A DNA stretch of 64,000 nt, from assembly GCA_036267515.1 (NCBI GenBank), contig DATAVW010000076.1, positions 2,567 through 66,566 of the forward strand. Reading direction: 5' to 3'. Source of the stretch: Rhizomicrobium sp. Its GTDB lineage: Bacteria; Pseudomonadota; Alphaproteobacteria; Micropepsales; Micropepsaceae. Positions 49,307-59,503 of the stretch are shown here, in pieces (the first letter of the stretch is position 1; each line of letters starts with the position of its first letter). The position numbers and the translations under genes are program-made. The notes under the pieces were generated by a model. That model saw only the letters and a program-made list of their open reading frames with translations. It was not told the DNA's origin and searched no databases.

Positions 49307-50029
49307 ATGCGGGCTCAACTCAAATGCAAAGCTGGACGCTTCGGAGTTGAAGTGTTTCCGCGTGGCGAGGCACCTGCGCGTCATTTGCATTCTGACGGCT
49401 ATGCAAGCGTGATACTTTCCGGTTCCTTTGTCGAGGCCGGCTTCGGGGGCCGCGTGAATGTGCAGCCGGGAGATGTACTTCTCCACGGCAAATTCGACTG
49501 TCATGCCAATAACTCTACGTGTTCGCGTTCGGTCACGATACTGAGTCTGCCTTGGCGCGATGGTTGGTTGGAAGGTCACTTTCGTGCCTCCGACCCGGAT
49601 CTTCTCGTACGGCTCGCCGAGAAAGACCCGCGTGAATCCATGATTGCTCTCGCGGCGGGCATGCAACCGGCGCACTCAACGTCTCATCATTGGACCGAGT
49701 CATTGGCCTCTGACCTGCAAACGACGGCGTGCCTATCGCTTCGCAGCTGGGCGCGCTCGTACGGTATGCGGCCCGAGGCATTATCACGAGGCTTTCATCG
49801 CGAATTTGGCGTTTCGCCAAAGCAATACAGACTGGAGGCGCGCGCGAGAAGCGCATGGCGCGAGGTGCTTGGGTCACCGCGAACATTGACGACCATAGCG
49901 TACGAGTTGGGTTTCTCTGACCTTTCGCATCTGAGCCGAAGCGTGCGATTGCTGACAGGTCACTCGCCGAGTGCCTGGCGGTCCTCGGCACGCAATTCCG
50001 TTCAAGCTCGGATTCCGCAAATCACGTAA
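49307..50029 (+). CDS. AraC-family regulator with cupin N-terminal domain
   Basis: HLH cupin motif; LSRGFHREFGVSP; IAYELGFSDLSHLSR. Confidence 0.88.
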   Translation: MRAQLKCKAGRFGVEVFPRGEAPARHLHSDGYASVILSGSFVEAGFGGRVNVQPGDVLLHGKFDCHANNSTCSRSVTILSLPWRDGWLEGHFRASDPDLLVRLAEKDPRESMIALAAGMQPAHSTSHHWTESLASDLQTTACLSLRSWARSYGMRPEALSRGFHREFGVSPKQYRLEARARSAWREVLGSPRTLTTIAYELGFSDLSHLSRSVRLLTGHSPSAWRSSARNSVQARIPQIT

Positions 50030-50089
50030 GGTTTGGCTAACCGCCATTGCGCCGGTACACATTGTCCGGCCGGTATAGTGAGATCTTCC

Positions 50090-51433
50090 GTGAAAATATG
50101 CGCCGCGCTCCTTTCGGTAGTGATTGTGTTCTCTCTTCCACGGCTCGAAGCGGCGGAAGTAGCCAAAAGCTGTCCTGTCGGCATGTATCGAATTCAGGAT
50201 GGCAGAAGCATCGATGTTGCATCCTCTGACGACCAGACTTTGCGCTGGTTGATGTTTACGGGCGAACGCGGTCAGCTACATCCGGCGCCCGATGGTAGCT
50301 GGACAAGCACCTATGGATGGACAACTCGGCCGGACGGCAAAAAAGTGTCATTTTCCAGCTGCGGCACGGGGAAAATCACTTTCGACAACGAGCGGGGAAA
50401 ACGCATCGATTTCGATGTTCACGACAGCACCTTCGAGAGCAGCGGCGTGACTCTCGTTGGACGGCTGGTAATGCCGAAAGGTGCCGGAAGAGTGCCAATC
50501 GTGGTGCTGGTGCATGGTTCAGAGCACGATTCGGCGCTTAATTCATATGCCCTGCAACGGCTGTTTCCCTCACGCGGCGTTGGAGCGTTCGTGTACGACA
50601 AGCGGGGAACCGGCGCTTCGGGTGGAAGCTACACCCAGGATTTTGAGGTTCTTGCCAGAGACGCGATCGCCGCGATGCGCACTGCCAAGCAGCTCGCCGG
50701 CGCGCGCCTGGGACGCATCGGCTACCAAGGAGGCAGTCAAGGAGGCTGGGTAGTGCCATTGGCGGTGAACCTCGCACCGGTAGACTTTGCAATCGTCAGT
50801 TTCGGATTGGCCGTCACCATACTCGAAGAAGACCAGGAGAGCGTCGCGCTCGACATGTATTTTCACCACCGCTCCGCTGAGGAGGCGACCAAGGCGCTGG
50901 AATTGGCGCGCGCCGGTGAGCGCTTGTTCGAAACCGGCGGACATGAAGGCTACGATCAGTTCAATGCGCTGCGCGAGAGATATCGCTCCGAGCCCTGGTA
51001 CAAGGATGTTCATGGCGATTTCTTGTTCTTCATACTGCCACTCGATCAAGCGCATATCATCGACGCCATGACCAAGGACCTCAATTTCGTCGAAGCGCGT
51101 ACGCCGTTTCGTTACGAGCCCATGCCCACCCTGGAAGCCTCCACCACACCGCAGCTTTGGGTACTCGGGAGCGACGATCTCGAAGCTCCCAGTGCCGAGA
51201 CGGCGAAACGTATCAAATCGCTGATCGCGCAAGCCAAACCTTACACGCTGGCGGTCTACCCCGGTGCAGAGCACGGAATGACAGAGTATGAGATCAACGC
51301 AAACGGCGAGCGTGTTTCTACTCGATTTGCGCCCGGCTATTTCCAAATGATGGCCGACTTTATCCGCGATGGCCGCATCAAAGATCACTACGGAAATGCT
51401 GCGATCGATCGAGTCCTGCGCACCGCGCGTTAA
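50090..51433 (+). CDS. Secreted alpha/beta hydrolase (S9/S15-like)
   Basis: Signal peptide, VHGS, YDKRGTG, GGSQGG, GSDD, GAEHG. Confidence 0.85.
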   Translation: MKICAALLSVVIVFSLPRLEAAEVAKSCPVGMYRIQDGRSIDVASSDDQTLRWLMFTGERGQLHPAPDGSWTSTYGWTTRPDGKKVSFSSCGTGKITFDNERGKRIDFDVHDSTFESSGVTLVGRLVMPKGAGRVPIVVLVHGSEHDSALNSYALQRLFPSRGVGAFVYDKRGTGASGGSYTQDFEVLARDAIAAMRTAKQLAGARLGRIGYQGGSQGGWVVPLAVNLAPVDFAIVSFGLAVTILEEDQESVALDMYFHHRSAEEATKALELARAGERLFETGGHEGYDQFNALRERYRSEPWYKDVHGDFLFFILPLDQAHIIDAMTKDLNFVEARTPFRYEPMPTLEASTTPQLWVLGSDDLEAPSAETAKRIKSLIAQAKPYTLAVYPGAEHGMTEYEINANGERVSTRFAPGYFQMMADFIRDGRIKDHYGNAAIDRVLRTAR

Positions 51434-51589
51434 ACCCTCTAAACCAAAGGCGCGTCGCGTCGCGATCTACCTATTCATACCGCCCGCGCGTCGCGCGATG
51501 GACGCCGAAGACAAGGCATTTCAGCGAATCGAATAGGGCTGCCCAGCAACCATTGCTGGTGCGCATAACATTGCCTACGCTGCCTTTGC

Positions 51590-52093
51590 TCACTTGCTGC
51601 CCATCGATATTGCGTTGGCCGGCGGCGTGACGTGCTCGAAGTCATATTCGGTCGTGTAGTGGGAGCCTTCGATGACTTGTTCGGATTTCAAAACCAGGTT
51701 CTTGGAGGACACCCACATCCTGCCGTCACTGATGTTCCCTTGGATGTTCATGCGAACGTCATACACGGCAGTCGATTCCCCGCTGAGGCTCTCGCTGCCG
51801 CTGCGGCGGCACGATGCGACCCCCGATAGGTCGTCATTCAAATCCTTCGTCGCGATGTTCATTGCGTACCACTTGCCGTTCGACGTTTGCACATATTTGT
51901 TGTCCACTGTCTGGACCTGTCGAGTCACGGTCTTTTTTCCCTGGCCATCAGTCTTCGTGGTGAGCAGGCTATGCGGCGTATGTCCGCTGTTCAGCATGGC
52001 GCTCTTTACTGTCGTGCAGTCATCGGCAAGCGCCGGCGACGTTAAAACGGCCAAGCCCAAGGCAATCAGAATGCGGGAATTTCGGCTGTGCAT
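51590..52093 (-). CDS. Hypothetical secreted beta-rich protein
   Basis: Signal peptide ending ALA-DDC; RBS GGAG; coherent codon usage. Confidence 0.7.
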   Translation of the reverse strand: MHSRNSRILIALGLAVLTSPALADDCTTVKSAMLNSGHTPHSLLTTKTDGQGKKTVTRQVQTVDNKYVQTSNGKWYAMNIATKDLNDDLSGVASCRRSGSESLSGESTAVYDVRMNIQGNISDGRMWVSSKNLVLKSEQVIEGSHYTTEYDFEHVTPPANAISMGSK

Positions 52094-52366
52094 GCGATGC
52101 TCCAATAATCCTATGGATCTCACCTTTATAACCCGATACCCGGGCCAATCCCGCCACAAACTCTCTGTCAGCCGCGCCGCCCGTACCGCTGATGCTATGC
52201 ATTCATTGCAGGACACGACCGGATTGGCGCAAAATTGACACCTAGTGCGACGGAGATAATTGCTCGCCGATCGCGGAAGTCATGCATCGCCGCACTCATG
52301 GCTCTGCCCCAGAATCGTTGTCCCTTTGCTGGAACAGATGTCCTTAGGCGAGTATAAAGTCCCCGG

Positions 52367-53191
52367 ATGGCTGCCCCGATTAGCCTATATAGGCATACGC
52401 TTGCGACTCGGCTCATGCATTGGCTGAACGCGTTGTGTATTTTTGTAATGCTCATGAGCGGCTTACAAATCTTCAACGCACACCCACGCCTGTATTGGGG
52501 GCAGTATGGTGCCAATGCCGATCATGCAGCGCTCGAACTATCCGCAAAAGACCTCCCTGATGGCCGATCGCGCGGCGTGCTTCGCCTTGGTCATCACGAG
52601 ATCTCAACAAACGGCTTTTTGGGAGTCTCCGAAGACGCATCTGGCGATGCCATTGAGCGGGGATTTCCCCGTTGGGCTACCCTTCCGAGTTATCAGGACT
52701 TGGCCACCGGACGTCGTTGGCACTTTTTCTTTGCCTGGGTCCTCGTAATTAATAGCGCCTTGTATTTTCTGATTAGCTTTGTCAGTCGCCACGTGCAGCG
52801 CGATCTCTTACCGACTCGGACTCAATGGACGCCGACCAACATCGTCCGAGATTTCTGGGATCACCTGCGGCTTCGGCTCCCCAAGGGCGACGCCGCGCGC
52901 ACCTATAATTCGCTGCAGAAACTTGCCTATCTCGTCATTCTCTTTATTGTTGCGCCGCTAATTCTAGCTACCGGTCTGACCATGTCGCCGGGATTCGATG
53001 CAGGTTATCCGTGGCTGCTCGATCTTTTTGGCGGTCGTCAGAGCGCCCGCACTCTGCATTTCATTTGCGCGATGGCGGTCGTGCTATTCGGCATCATACA
53101 TGTGGGAATGGTTCTTCTGGCGGGCCCGTTCAACGAGATTCGCTCCATGATCACGGGCCGCTACGTCCTACCGAAGGAAAGAGCGAAATGA
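52367..53191 (+). CDS. Cytochrome b/b6-domain membrane protein (electron partner of the molybdoenzyme)
   Basis: RLMHW, SGLQIFNAHP, RRWHFFF, YNSLQK, ARTLHF, IHV (four heme His). Confidence 0.85.
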   Translation: MAAPISLYRHTLATRLMHWLNALCIFVMLMSGLQIFNAHPRLYWGQYGANADHAALELSAKDLPDGRSRGVLRLGHHEISTNGFLGVSEDASGDAIERGFPRWATLPSYQDLATGRRWHFFFAWVLVINSALYFLISFVSRHVQRDLLPTRTQWTPTNIVRDFWDHLRLRLPKGDAARTYNSLQKLAYLVILFIVAPLILATGLTMSPGFDAGYPWLLDLFGGRQSARTLHFICAMAVVLFGIIHVGMVLLAGPFNEIRSMITGRYVLPKERAK

Positions 53192-53958
53192 CGACTCGCA
53201 TATTGACGCGCCGCCAAATGCTGGTGCGCGGTACGACCGCGTTCGGCGGCTTGCTGTTGGCTGGATGCGACCGCTTGTCGAACTCGCCGTCTTTTCGACA
53301 CATCCTCGAGAGCGCCGAATGGCTTTCCTACCGCGGCCAAAGAGTTCTCGTCGGTCACGGCGCGCTCGCGCGTGAGTACCAGAAGAGTGATTTATCGCCC
53401 GTCTTTCGTTCAAACGGTACAAACGCGCCGGATACCGTCGCTTATAATGCATTGTTGGCCGGCAACTTTAGTCAATGGCGGCTGAAGATCGATGGACTCG
53501 TATCGCGGCCTCAAGAATTGTCGCTCGACGATTTGCGGCGCTTGCCCGCGCGTAATCAAATCACTCGCCACGATTGCGTCGAAGGTTGGAGTGCGATCGG
53601 CCAATGGACAGGCGTGCCTTTAAGCATAGTTCTCCATATGGCTGGATTGGATCCTGGCGCGCGTTTCGTGGTGTTCCATTGCGCCGACACGCTGGAAGCG
53701 GGTGCCGATCCTTACTACGAAAGCATCGATTTGATTGATGCGCTCCATCCGCAGACCATTCTTGCATACGATTTGAACTCGAAACCTTTGCCGGTCGCCA
53801 ATGGCGCACCGCTGCGCCTGCGTGTGGAGCGTCAGCTGGGATATAAGCACGCGAAGTACGTGATGAGAATCGAGGCGGTCCGGGACCTCAATCATATTGG
53901 CGCGGGCAAGGGCGGGTTCTGGGAAGATCGCGGGTACGAATGGTATGCGGGTCTTTAA
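53188..53958 (+). CDS. Tat-exported sulfite oxidase-family molybdoenzyme (MsrP/YedY-like)
   Basis: TRRQML..LAGC signal, HDCVEGW (Mo-ligating Cys), NGAPLRLR, GYKHAK, WEDRGY. Confidence 0.88.
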   Translation: MTTRILTRRQMLVRGTTAFGGLLLAGCDRLSNSPSFRHILESAEWLSYRGQRVLVGHGALAREYQKSDLSPVFRSNGTNAPDTVAYNALLAGNFSQWRLKIDGLVSRPQELSLDDLRRLPARNQITRHDCVEGWSAIGQWTGVPLSIVLHMAGLDPGARFVVFHCADTLEAGADPYYESIDLIDALHPQTILAYDLNSKPLPVANGAPLRLRVERQLGYKHAKYVMRIEAVRDLNHIGAGKGGFWEDRGYEWYAGL

Positions 53959-54022
53959 TAACCCGCGTACTGGATCACACAGCGCAAAATCGGCCACGAG
54001 ATCAAGCGCGGCACGCCGCAGT

Positions 54023-54418
54023 TCAGATGGGAATTCGTGCTCCTCTTCGCGCGATCGTAGTAAGCAAGGCTCCCAGGATGAAAATCGCGGGAGGTATCAG
54101 CCCACGGAATAAAGGCACGTATCCTGGCATCACCACCACGATGACCCAGATCCCATCCGCCCAGCCGACGACGCTGAGATTTAGCCAATAGGCCCGGGCG
54201 CTATTTCGCCAATTGCCGAACGCCCCGACGATCACAGCAAATAGAGCAATGGTCAGGATGTAGGCGGCGAGCTGGTAAAGGCGGCCCTGACTTGTTCCGG
54301 TTTGAGCGGCACCCATGACATATATGTCATGGGCCACGCGGACATGAAACGCGCCCCAGACGATGTAGCACAGCGCCCCCATTCGCGCGGCAAGGATCAC
54401 GACGTTGGGAGGAGACAT
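54023..54418 (-). CDS. Four-TM hypothetical membrane protein
   Basis: Hydrophobic helices, WGAFH, NWRNS..YWLN; 4 bp downstream of the lactonase gene. Confidence 0.75.
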   Translation of the reverse strand: MSPPNVVILAARMGALCYIVWGAFHVRVAHDIYVMGAAQTGTSQGRLYQLAAYILTIALFAVIVGAFGNWRNSARAYWLNLSVVGWADGIWVIVVVMPGYVPLFRGLIPPAIFILGALLTTIARRGARIPI

Positions 54419-54422
54419 GCAC

Positions 54423-55568
54423 CTAATTGGCCGCTATACCGTTAAAACCCGATGCAGGGGGAAGACCCCTAACCGCGCCCAATGCCGTCAATTGGCCGGT
54501 CCGATTGTCGATGGCAAATTCCCCAATCGTCCCGTTTCCAGCATTTAAGGTATACAAGAACTTGCCATCCGCACTGGCTGCGATGTCGAGGTTGGTCGCC
54601 CCGCTGGGAAGCGTCGCAACGATCGTGCTTCCGATCGGCGTCAGCGCACCGCTTCGACCGATGGAAAAGCCTGCGATCGAAGCGGACGCGGAGTTCGATG
54701 TATAGACATATCGGCCGTCCGACGTGACGACATCCCAGCAATTGGCGGTCCCTAAAGTGGGGATGCTCGCACTGATGACTTTCAGGGTTCCGTTGGCTTG
54801 CAACGCGTAGGAGGAAATCGCCGAGGCATCCGGAATGGCAGCGCCCTTAGGTCCGGGCGGTCCGGTCTCCGCGACGATAGCGATTCCGCTAGGCGCGAAA
54901 GTGCCGCTGAAAGTACCGGGCCCGACGTCGGTGTTCACGGTGATCGGAGCTAGCATTCCATCGCTCGATACGCGGAAAATGTCGATGGTGTTGGTTACCT
55001 TTTCGGTTACCAGCAAGAAATGCCCATCTGGGCTGAAAGTTACCACTCCTGATCCGACCGCATTAGCGCTCAAGAATCGAATGGAATCGGGAATGCGCAC
55101 AAACTTACCATCATCGAAATAGAACCCCACGACGCCGCTGCTGCCGGCTGTATTGAGCACATACACCAGATTTCCGTGCTGAGTGACAGAATTGGGCTCA
55201 CTGCCCTCGGTGCTGATACGATCCGACAGCCATAGGTGGGAGCCCTGAACACGAAACGCAGACACGGTGCCGCTGCCCGCGTTCACCGCGAACAGCCACG
55301 AACCATTCTTGCTTAACGTCAATGAGCCTTGCGAGGCCAGCGGATCGACATTGCCACCGCTTCCGCGACCATCCGTCGCATAGTGATGCGGATCGTGCAA
55401 CGTGCCATCGGCATCGCGGTCATACGCGATGACCTCATTTCGCCCGGCGTTGTTGGTCATTACGAATACCCCGCGAGCATTACTTTGCTCATCTCGGGCG
55501 CTCACCAGTGCCGGCGTCCACGCTGAAGCGATTGCGCCCATGAGCAAACTCATCGTTAAGAACTTCAT
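54423..55568 (-). CDS. Secreted lactonase-family (6-phosphogluconolactonase-like) 7-bladed beta-propeller
   Basis: Signal peptide; repeats LFAVNAGS, VYVLN, FSPDG, SDGRYVYTSN, ADGKFLYTLN. Confidence 0.85.
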   Translation of the reverse strand: MKFLTMSLLMGAIASAWTPALVSARDEQSNARGVFVMTNNAGRNEVIAYDRDADGTLHDPHHYATDGRGSGGNVDPLASQGSLTLSKNGSWLFAVNAGSGTVSAFRVQGSHLWLSDRISTEGSEPNSVTQHGNLVYVLNTAGSSGVVGFYFDDGKFVRIPDSIRFLSANAVGSGVVTFSPDGHFLLVTEKVTNTIDIFRVSSDGMLAPITVNTDVGPGTFSGTFAPSGIAIVAETGPPGPKGAAIPDASAISSYALQANGTLKVISASIPTLGTANCWDVVTSDGRYVYTSNSASASIAGFSIGRSGALTPIGSTIVATLPSGATNLDIAASADGKFLYTLNAGNGTIGEFAIDNRTGQLTALGAVRGLPPASGFNGIAAN

Positions 55569-55612
55569 CGTTGCACTCCTGAGTGATATGCGGTCGCCTC
55601 GCCTGCCGTTCT

Positions 55613-55906
55613 TTAATGACTGGGCGCCTCTTTGGGCATGCTCTCGCTCTTCATCATCGAATCGTGCTGCATCATCATCGATTTGGCATCGACCATACCG
55701 CTGCTATCCTTTTTCATATTCATCCATTTCTTCTCGTAATACGCCATGTACTCTTCCTTGGAAATCTTACCGTCTCCATTGGTGTCCATGCTCTTCATCA
55801 TCATCATCATTTGATCATGGGTCATCATGTGCTCATCAGCAGCCATCGCTGACAAACCGATTGCCAGGACGGCGCTACCGACGAACGCAGGGATTAATTT
55901 ATTCAT
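55613..55906 (-). CDS. Secreted methionine-rich EF-hand protein (97 aa)
   Basis: Signal peptide ending AMA; EF-hand DTNGDGKISKEE; 18 Met in the 75-aa mature chain; RBS GGAGAGAGG. Confidence 0.85.
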   Translation of the reverse strand: MNKLIPAFVGSAVLAIGLSAMAADEHMMTHDQMMMMMKSMDTNGDGKISKEEYMAYYEKKWMNMKKDSSGMVDAKSMMMQHDSMMKSESMPKEAPSH

Positions 55907-56026
55907 GGTCCTCTCTCCAGTAAGGGTCAATACTCCAGAAGGGCGCGCCGACCTTGCAGCGCATCGCAAGCATATCGCTAGGTTAACCAACATCGAATGG
56001 TCACAACAATCGGCTCCAAGCACATT

Positions 56027-56063
56027 GCGCAATCGACGTCATGTTTCGCGCAATTTCGCGCAG
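56027..56063. promoter_or_regulatory. Candidate AraC-type direct-repeat binding site
   Basis: GCGCAAT at 56027 and 56048 (21-bp spacing) plus GCGCAG at 56058, upstream of the Met-rich gene. Confidence 0.4.
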
Positions 56064-56170
56064 CGTTGCCGACAGACGGCCGCAATTATCGGTGAAAGGC
56101 AGATTCGCCTACAGACGTGTCGAATAGGTTTTGGTTATGCGCGGAAATGTTGATCATCGGAGAAGAGCAC

Positions 56171-57154
56171 TCAGCATTGCAATTCGCCGCCGGGCGGCGC
56201 GGCCGCGGACTGTCGTTCTTGAGCGCGAAATCGCGTCGGCGACTTTCCCACCAGTCGCGCGAAGGATCGCGCGAAACGGGTGCTGTGATGAAATCCGCAC
56301 GCGCCGGCAACGGCCGCCAATGGCAGCTCGGTGGTCGAGAGCATGATCTTGGCACGTTCAACCCGACGCTGGAGAACGTAATGGCACGGTGTTACCCCTG
56401 CGATGTTTTTGAACGCGCGCACAAAGTGGAAGCGGCTGCCGCCGGCGGCGGCCGCAAGATCCGCGAGGGTCACCGTGTGGCTCAAATTCGCCTCGACGAA
56501 CTCAAGTACCCGTTTGAATCGAAAACGCGGCAGCGTTTCACGTCGTTTCATGGGCCGAATATGCGCGGTGGAATGATCGTGCAGAAGCCGCAGAAGAAAA
56601 CAATCGAGTAGACTGTCCAGGTACATAGCCTCCGGTGCCGCATTCAGCCGAATTTCCGACAGCATCGCGCAATACAGAGCCTGCAGCAGCGCGTCCTGAC
56701 AACCGATGCGATCGATCAGCGTCAAGTCATTGGCCCGGTCAAATTCAGCTGCCGTGCGCATCAGCGAATCCGGCGCGATATACAGATGCGCGAACTCAAT
56801 GGGTCCCTGGGTCTGCCATTTAAACTCGGTACCCGCCGGAACGATCGTCAGCGAACCACACTCGACAATGGTCGATACCGGAACTCCGTCGCACCTGCGT
56901 TCTACTTTCTTAGCGCCACCGAGATGCTGCACGATGTAGTGATGATCGAGCGAGGGTTGCTCCATATTGGGCGCGGTTCCCCGCCAATGGCGCAGCAGCG
57001 CCTTGGGCCATTGCGCGCGGCTACTGGAGTAATCGGCTGGGGCCGACAGCCGTGAGGCCCACTCATCGGGGGTTGCTCGTCCCCGCACAGCGATTACATC
57101 GGCAGTAGATGTTGCCGCTACATTTTCAGCGCAGCGAGTGTTGTAACGATCCAT
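56171..57154 (-). CDS. AraC-family transcriptional regulator (Cys-rich; start uncertain)
   Basis: LADLAAAAGGSRFHFVRAFK, VAGACGF..STRFARSF; nine Cys. Confidence 0.88.
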   Translation of the reverse strand: MDRYNTRCAENVAATSTADVIAVRGRATPDEWASRLSAPADYSSSRAQWPKALLRHWRGTAPNMEQPSLDHHYIVQHLGGAKKVERRCDGVPVSTIVECGSLTIVPAGTEFKWQTQGPIEFAHLYIAPDSLMRTAAEFDRANDLTLIDRIGCQDALLQALYCAMLSEIRLNAAPEAMYLDSLLDCFLLRLLHDHSTAHIRPMKRRETLPRFRFKRVLEFVEANLSHTVTLADLAAAAGGSRFHFVRAFKNIAGVTPCHYVLQRRVERAKIMLSTTELPLAAVAGACGFHHSTRFARSFARLVGKSPTRFRAQERQSAAAPPGGELQC

Positions 57155-57590
57155 CGATGCGTGCCGTACTAATTGGCAGGAAACCATCAGCACTTATCGC
57201 GCGACTGCCGTCTTTTTTTTGGCGCTAGTTTTACTCTCTATCCGCGGCAGCGGCTTGTCTGTCGGTCAAGCGGCAACCAGAAGGGCGGCACAACGGCTTG
57301 GTGTTCGTAGGACAACGTCGCACTGCATCCCCTGTTTGGATGATCAAAGCCTTTATTTCAGACTTTGCAGGCGAGCCACCATCCCGAAACAACCAACCAG
57401 CGGACGTATGCCAAGAGCCCCCCAGAGATCGAAGAAATCGCTGCGAGGAATAGCCCCCAGCGAGCATGCAATGCAGTTGATCAAAAACCTCGTTACACTG
57501 CCCGAAAACCTCTAAAGCCCTATGCTACTGAGGAAGGGGTAACGTCGGTACCATTTCATTGGCATCGGTAGCGGAATAGAGGAACTCCTG

Positions 57591-57980
57591 ATGACACTCG
57601 CCGAATGGATGATTTTTGCGGCCGTTATTCTGTATTTACTCACTGTCGCTCCCGTGAAGGCCGCAGGATACAAGACATTTGACAACTCCAATCCACGTGA
57701 CCCAGCCTTCTACAAGCCAGGCATCGCGACGCGCGCTCTGGGTGCGCACGTCAATGGAATTGAAACATTTCCATTTTTTGCCTTGTCGATTCTGCTCGCG
57801 GAATTTCGGCGAGTGCCCCAAAATGGGATTGACGAGTTTGCCGTCGCTTTTGTCGTTATCCGCTTGCTTTTTGTAGCCGCCTATTTGGGTAATCGATCTA
57901 CTATCAGGACTCTTCTTTGGAACTTGGGTTTTGCAGTCAATACCGCGATCTTTTTCATGCCATGGTGGGATCGATCCTGA
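57591..57980 (+). CDS. MAPEG-family membrane protein
   Basis: FDNSNPR, RALGAHVNGIETFPFF, R..R.LLW. Confidence 0.88.
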   Translation: MTLAEWMIFAAVILYLLTVAPVKAAGYKTFDNSNPRDPAFYKPGIATRALGAHVNGIETFPFFALSILLAEFRRVPQNGIDEFAVAFVVIRLLFVAAYLGNRSTIRTLLWNLGFAVNTAIFFMPWWDRS

Positions 57981-58151
57981 CGGGATCCCGATTTCGCGGA
58001 AAGCCTCAATGGATCATCGATCGTCTCATCTCGACTCGGAGTCATCCCGCATGCGCGATCAGCCTCTGACGCCAGAGCTGGCATAAGTCCGACAGACTTC
58101 CTGCGAGTCTCGTGCGAAAAAGAAACTCGGTCATAGTTCCGTGGAGGTCCC

Positions 58152-58313
58152 ATGTCCAGTGTAAAACAGAAGACGGCCGCAAGACGCAACATCAAAAAGG
58201 CGGCGGCTACGGCAAAGCGTAAGAAGTCGATCAGCCATCTATCGTCGGCCACTCGCACAGCGCTCGGCAAGCAAGGCGCAAAGATGGCCAAAAAACGCAG
58301 GTCGCGACGCTGA
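58152..58313 (+). CDS. Small highly basic protein (53 aa)
   Basis: RBS GGAGG; MSSVKQKTAARRNIKKAAATAKRKKSISHLSSATRTALGKQGAKMAKKRRSRR; TGATG coupling to the next gene; below the ORF-track cutoff. Confidence 0.75.
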   Translation: MSSVKQKTAARRNIKKAAATAKRKKSISHLSSATRTALGKQGAKMAKKRRSRR

Positions 58314-59264
58314 TGTCTAGCGCGCACCCTACGAAAATACGCGAAGTCCGCATTCACCGTTTCGGCGGCCCCGAAGTGCTTCAGGTTGATCATGTCGAGC
58401 CGTCCCAACCCGACGCGTTACAAGTATTGGTGCGCGTCATGGCCGCGAGTATCAATCCCGTGGACTTCAAAATCCGTGGCGGCCACTATCCGGCGGTCAA
58501 CGAAGACCGATTGCCTTACACCCTAGGCCGCGATGCGGCGGGCGTGATCGAGAAATGCGGTGCTCAAGCCACGCGCTTCAAGGTCGGCGATGAAGTTTTA
58601 AGCATCGTGGGCATTGCCGGCGGCGGCTACGCCGAAGAAGCGGTGCTCGATCAGGCGGCGCTCGCCCGCAAACCGACCGCGATCGATTATGTGCATGCTG
58701 CTGCAATCCCCTTGGCCGGAACAACCGCCTGGCAGGGATTATTCCGCTACGGACAGCTCAAGCGTGGCCAGTCGATATTGATCCATGGCGGTTCGGGCGG
58801 GGTCGGTCATTTTGCCATCCAATTTGCCAAGGCGAAGGGCGCACGGGTGCTCACCACGGTCTCCACCGACAACGTCAAGTTTGCGCGCGAGCTTGGAGCG
58901 GATGTTGTCATCGACTACAAGACCCAGCGATTTGAAGAACACGCCCAAGATTTGGATATGGTCTTTGACCTGATCGATGGGGAAACGCGCGAACGTTCTT
59001 GGAAGCTCTTAAAGCGTGGCGGGATCTTGGTATCGACGTTGACCGATCCATCACAAGAGACCGCACGCCGACAGGGGGGTGCGCGCATTACGCTACACAG
59101 TGGAACCCAATGGCGGTGAACTGGCTGAAATTATGGAGCTCGTTGCGTCAGGCAAGGTAAAACCGCACGTGCAAAAGACCTTTCGGCTGGAAAAGGCAGC
59201 TTCGGCCATGGCGGCAGTCGAAAACGGCTCCTCAATCGGCAAAATCGTTTTGGCACTGCAGTAA
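58313..59264 (+). pseudogene. NADP-dependent MDR/quinone oxidoreductase with a frameshift in a G6 run
   Basis: ASINPVD, GGSGGVG, then CAGGGGGGTG at 59072-59081; the C-terminus VRALRY...GKIVL is in another frame. Confidence 0.85.
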
Positions 59265-59503
59265 GTAAGGCCAACACGCACATCCGCGTGCGGTTTTCGG
59301 GCTGTCCGCTCTCACCCAGAAACAGATTTTTACGCGCAGTAGCGAACCAAAGGCTCAGAGCCCGTCACTGCCGCTGTGACGCCAGTAGAGATTTCAAGGT
59401 GCTAGACTTGCGCATACTCATTACGCGCATCCGTGCGAACATCGCTCGGGACTTGGATCCGTTCGGGGACCCTAGCTTAAGGTTAGGAAAGGGGAGAAAA
59501 CAT

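Noticed and set aside
47100-52100. Possible integron cassette array (short GNAT, YciI, ABM and DUF3052 genes)
   Set aside because: Mixed orientations, no recognisable repeated attC sites and no integrase
52235-52260. TTGACA...GATAAT sigma70 promoter upstream of the cytochrome b gene
   Set aside because: The spacer is only 14 bp
57200-57590. Short ORFs or a possible ncRNA in the long AraC-MAPEG spacer
   Set aside because: No recognisable motif, RBS or convincing secondary structure; it cannot be supported without an Rfam or BLAST search
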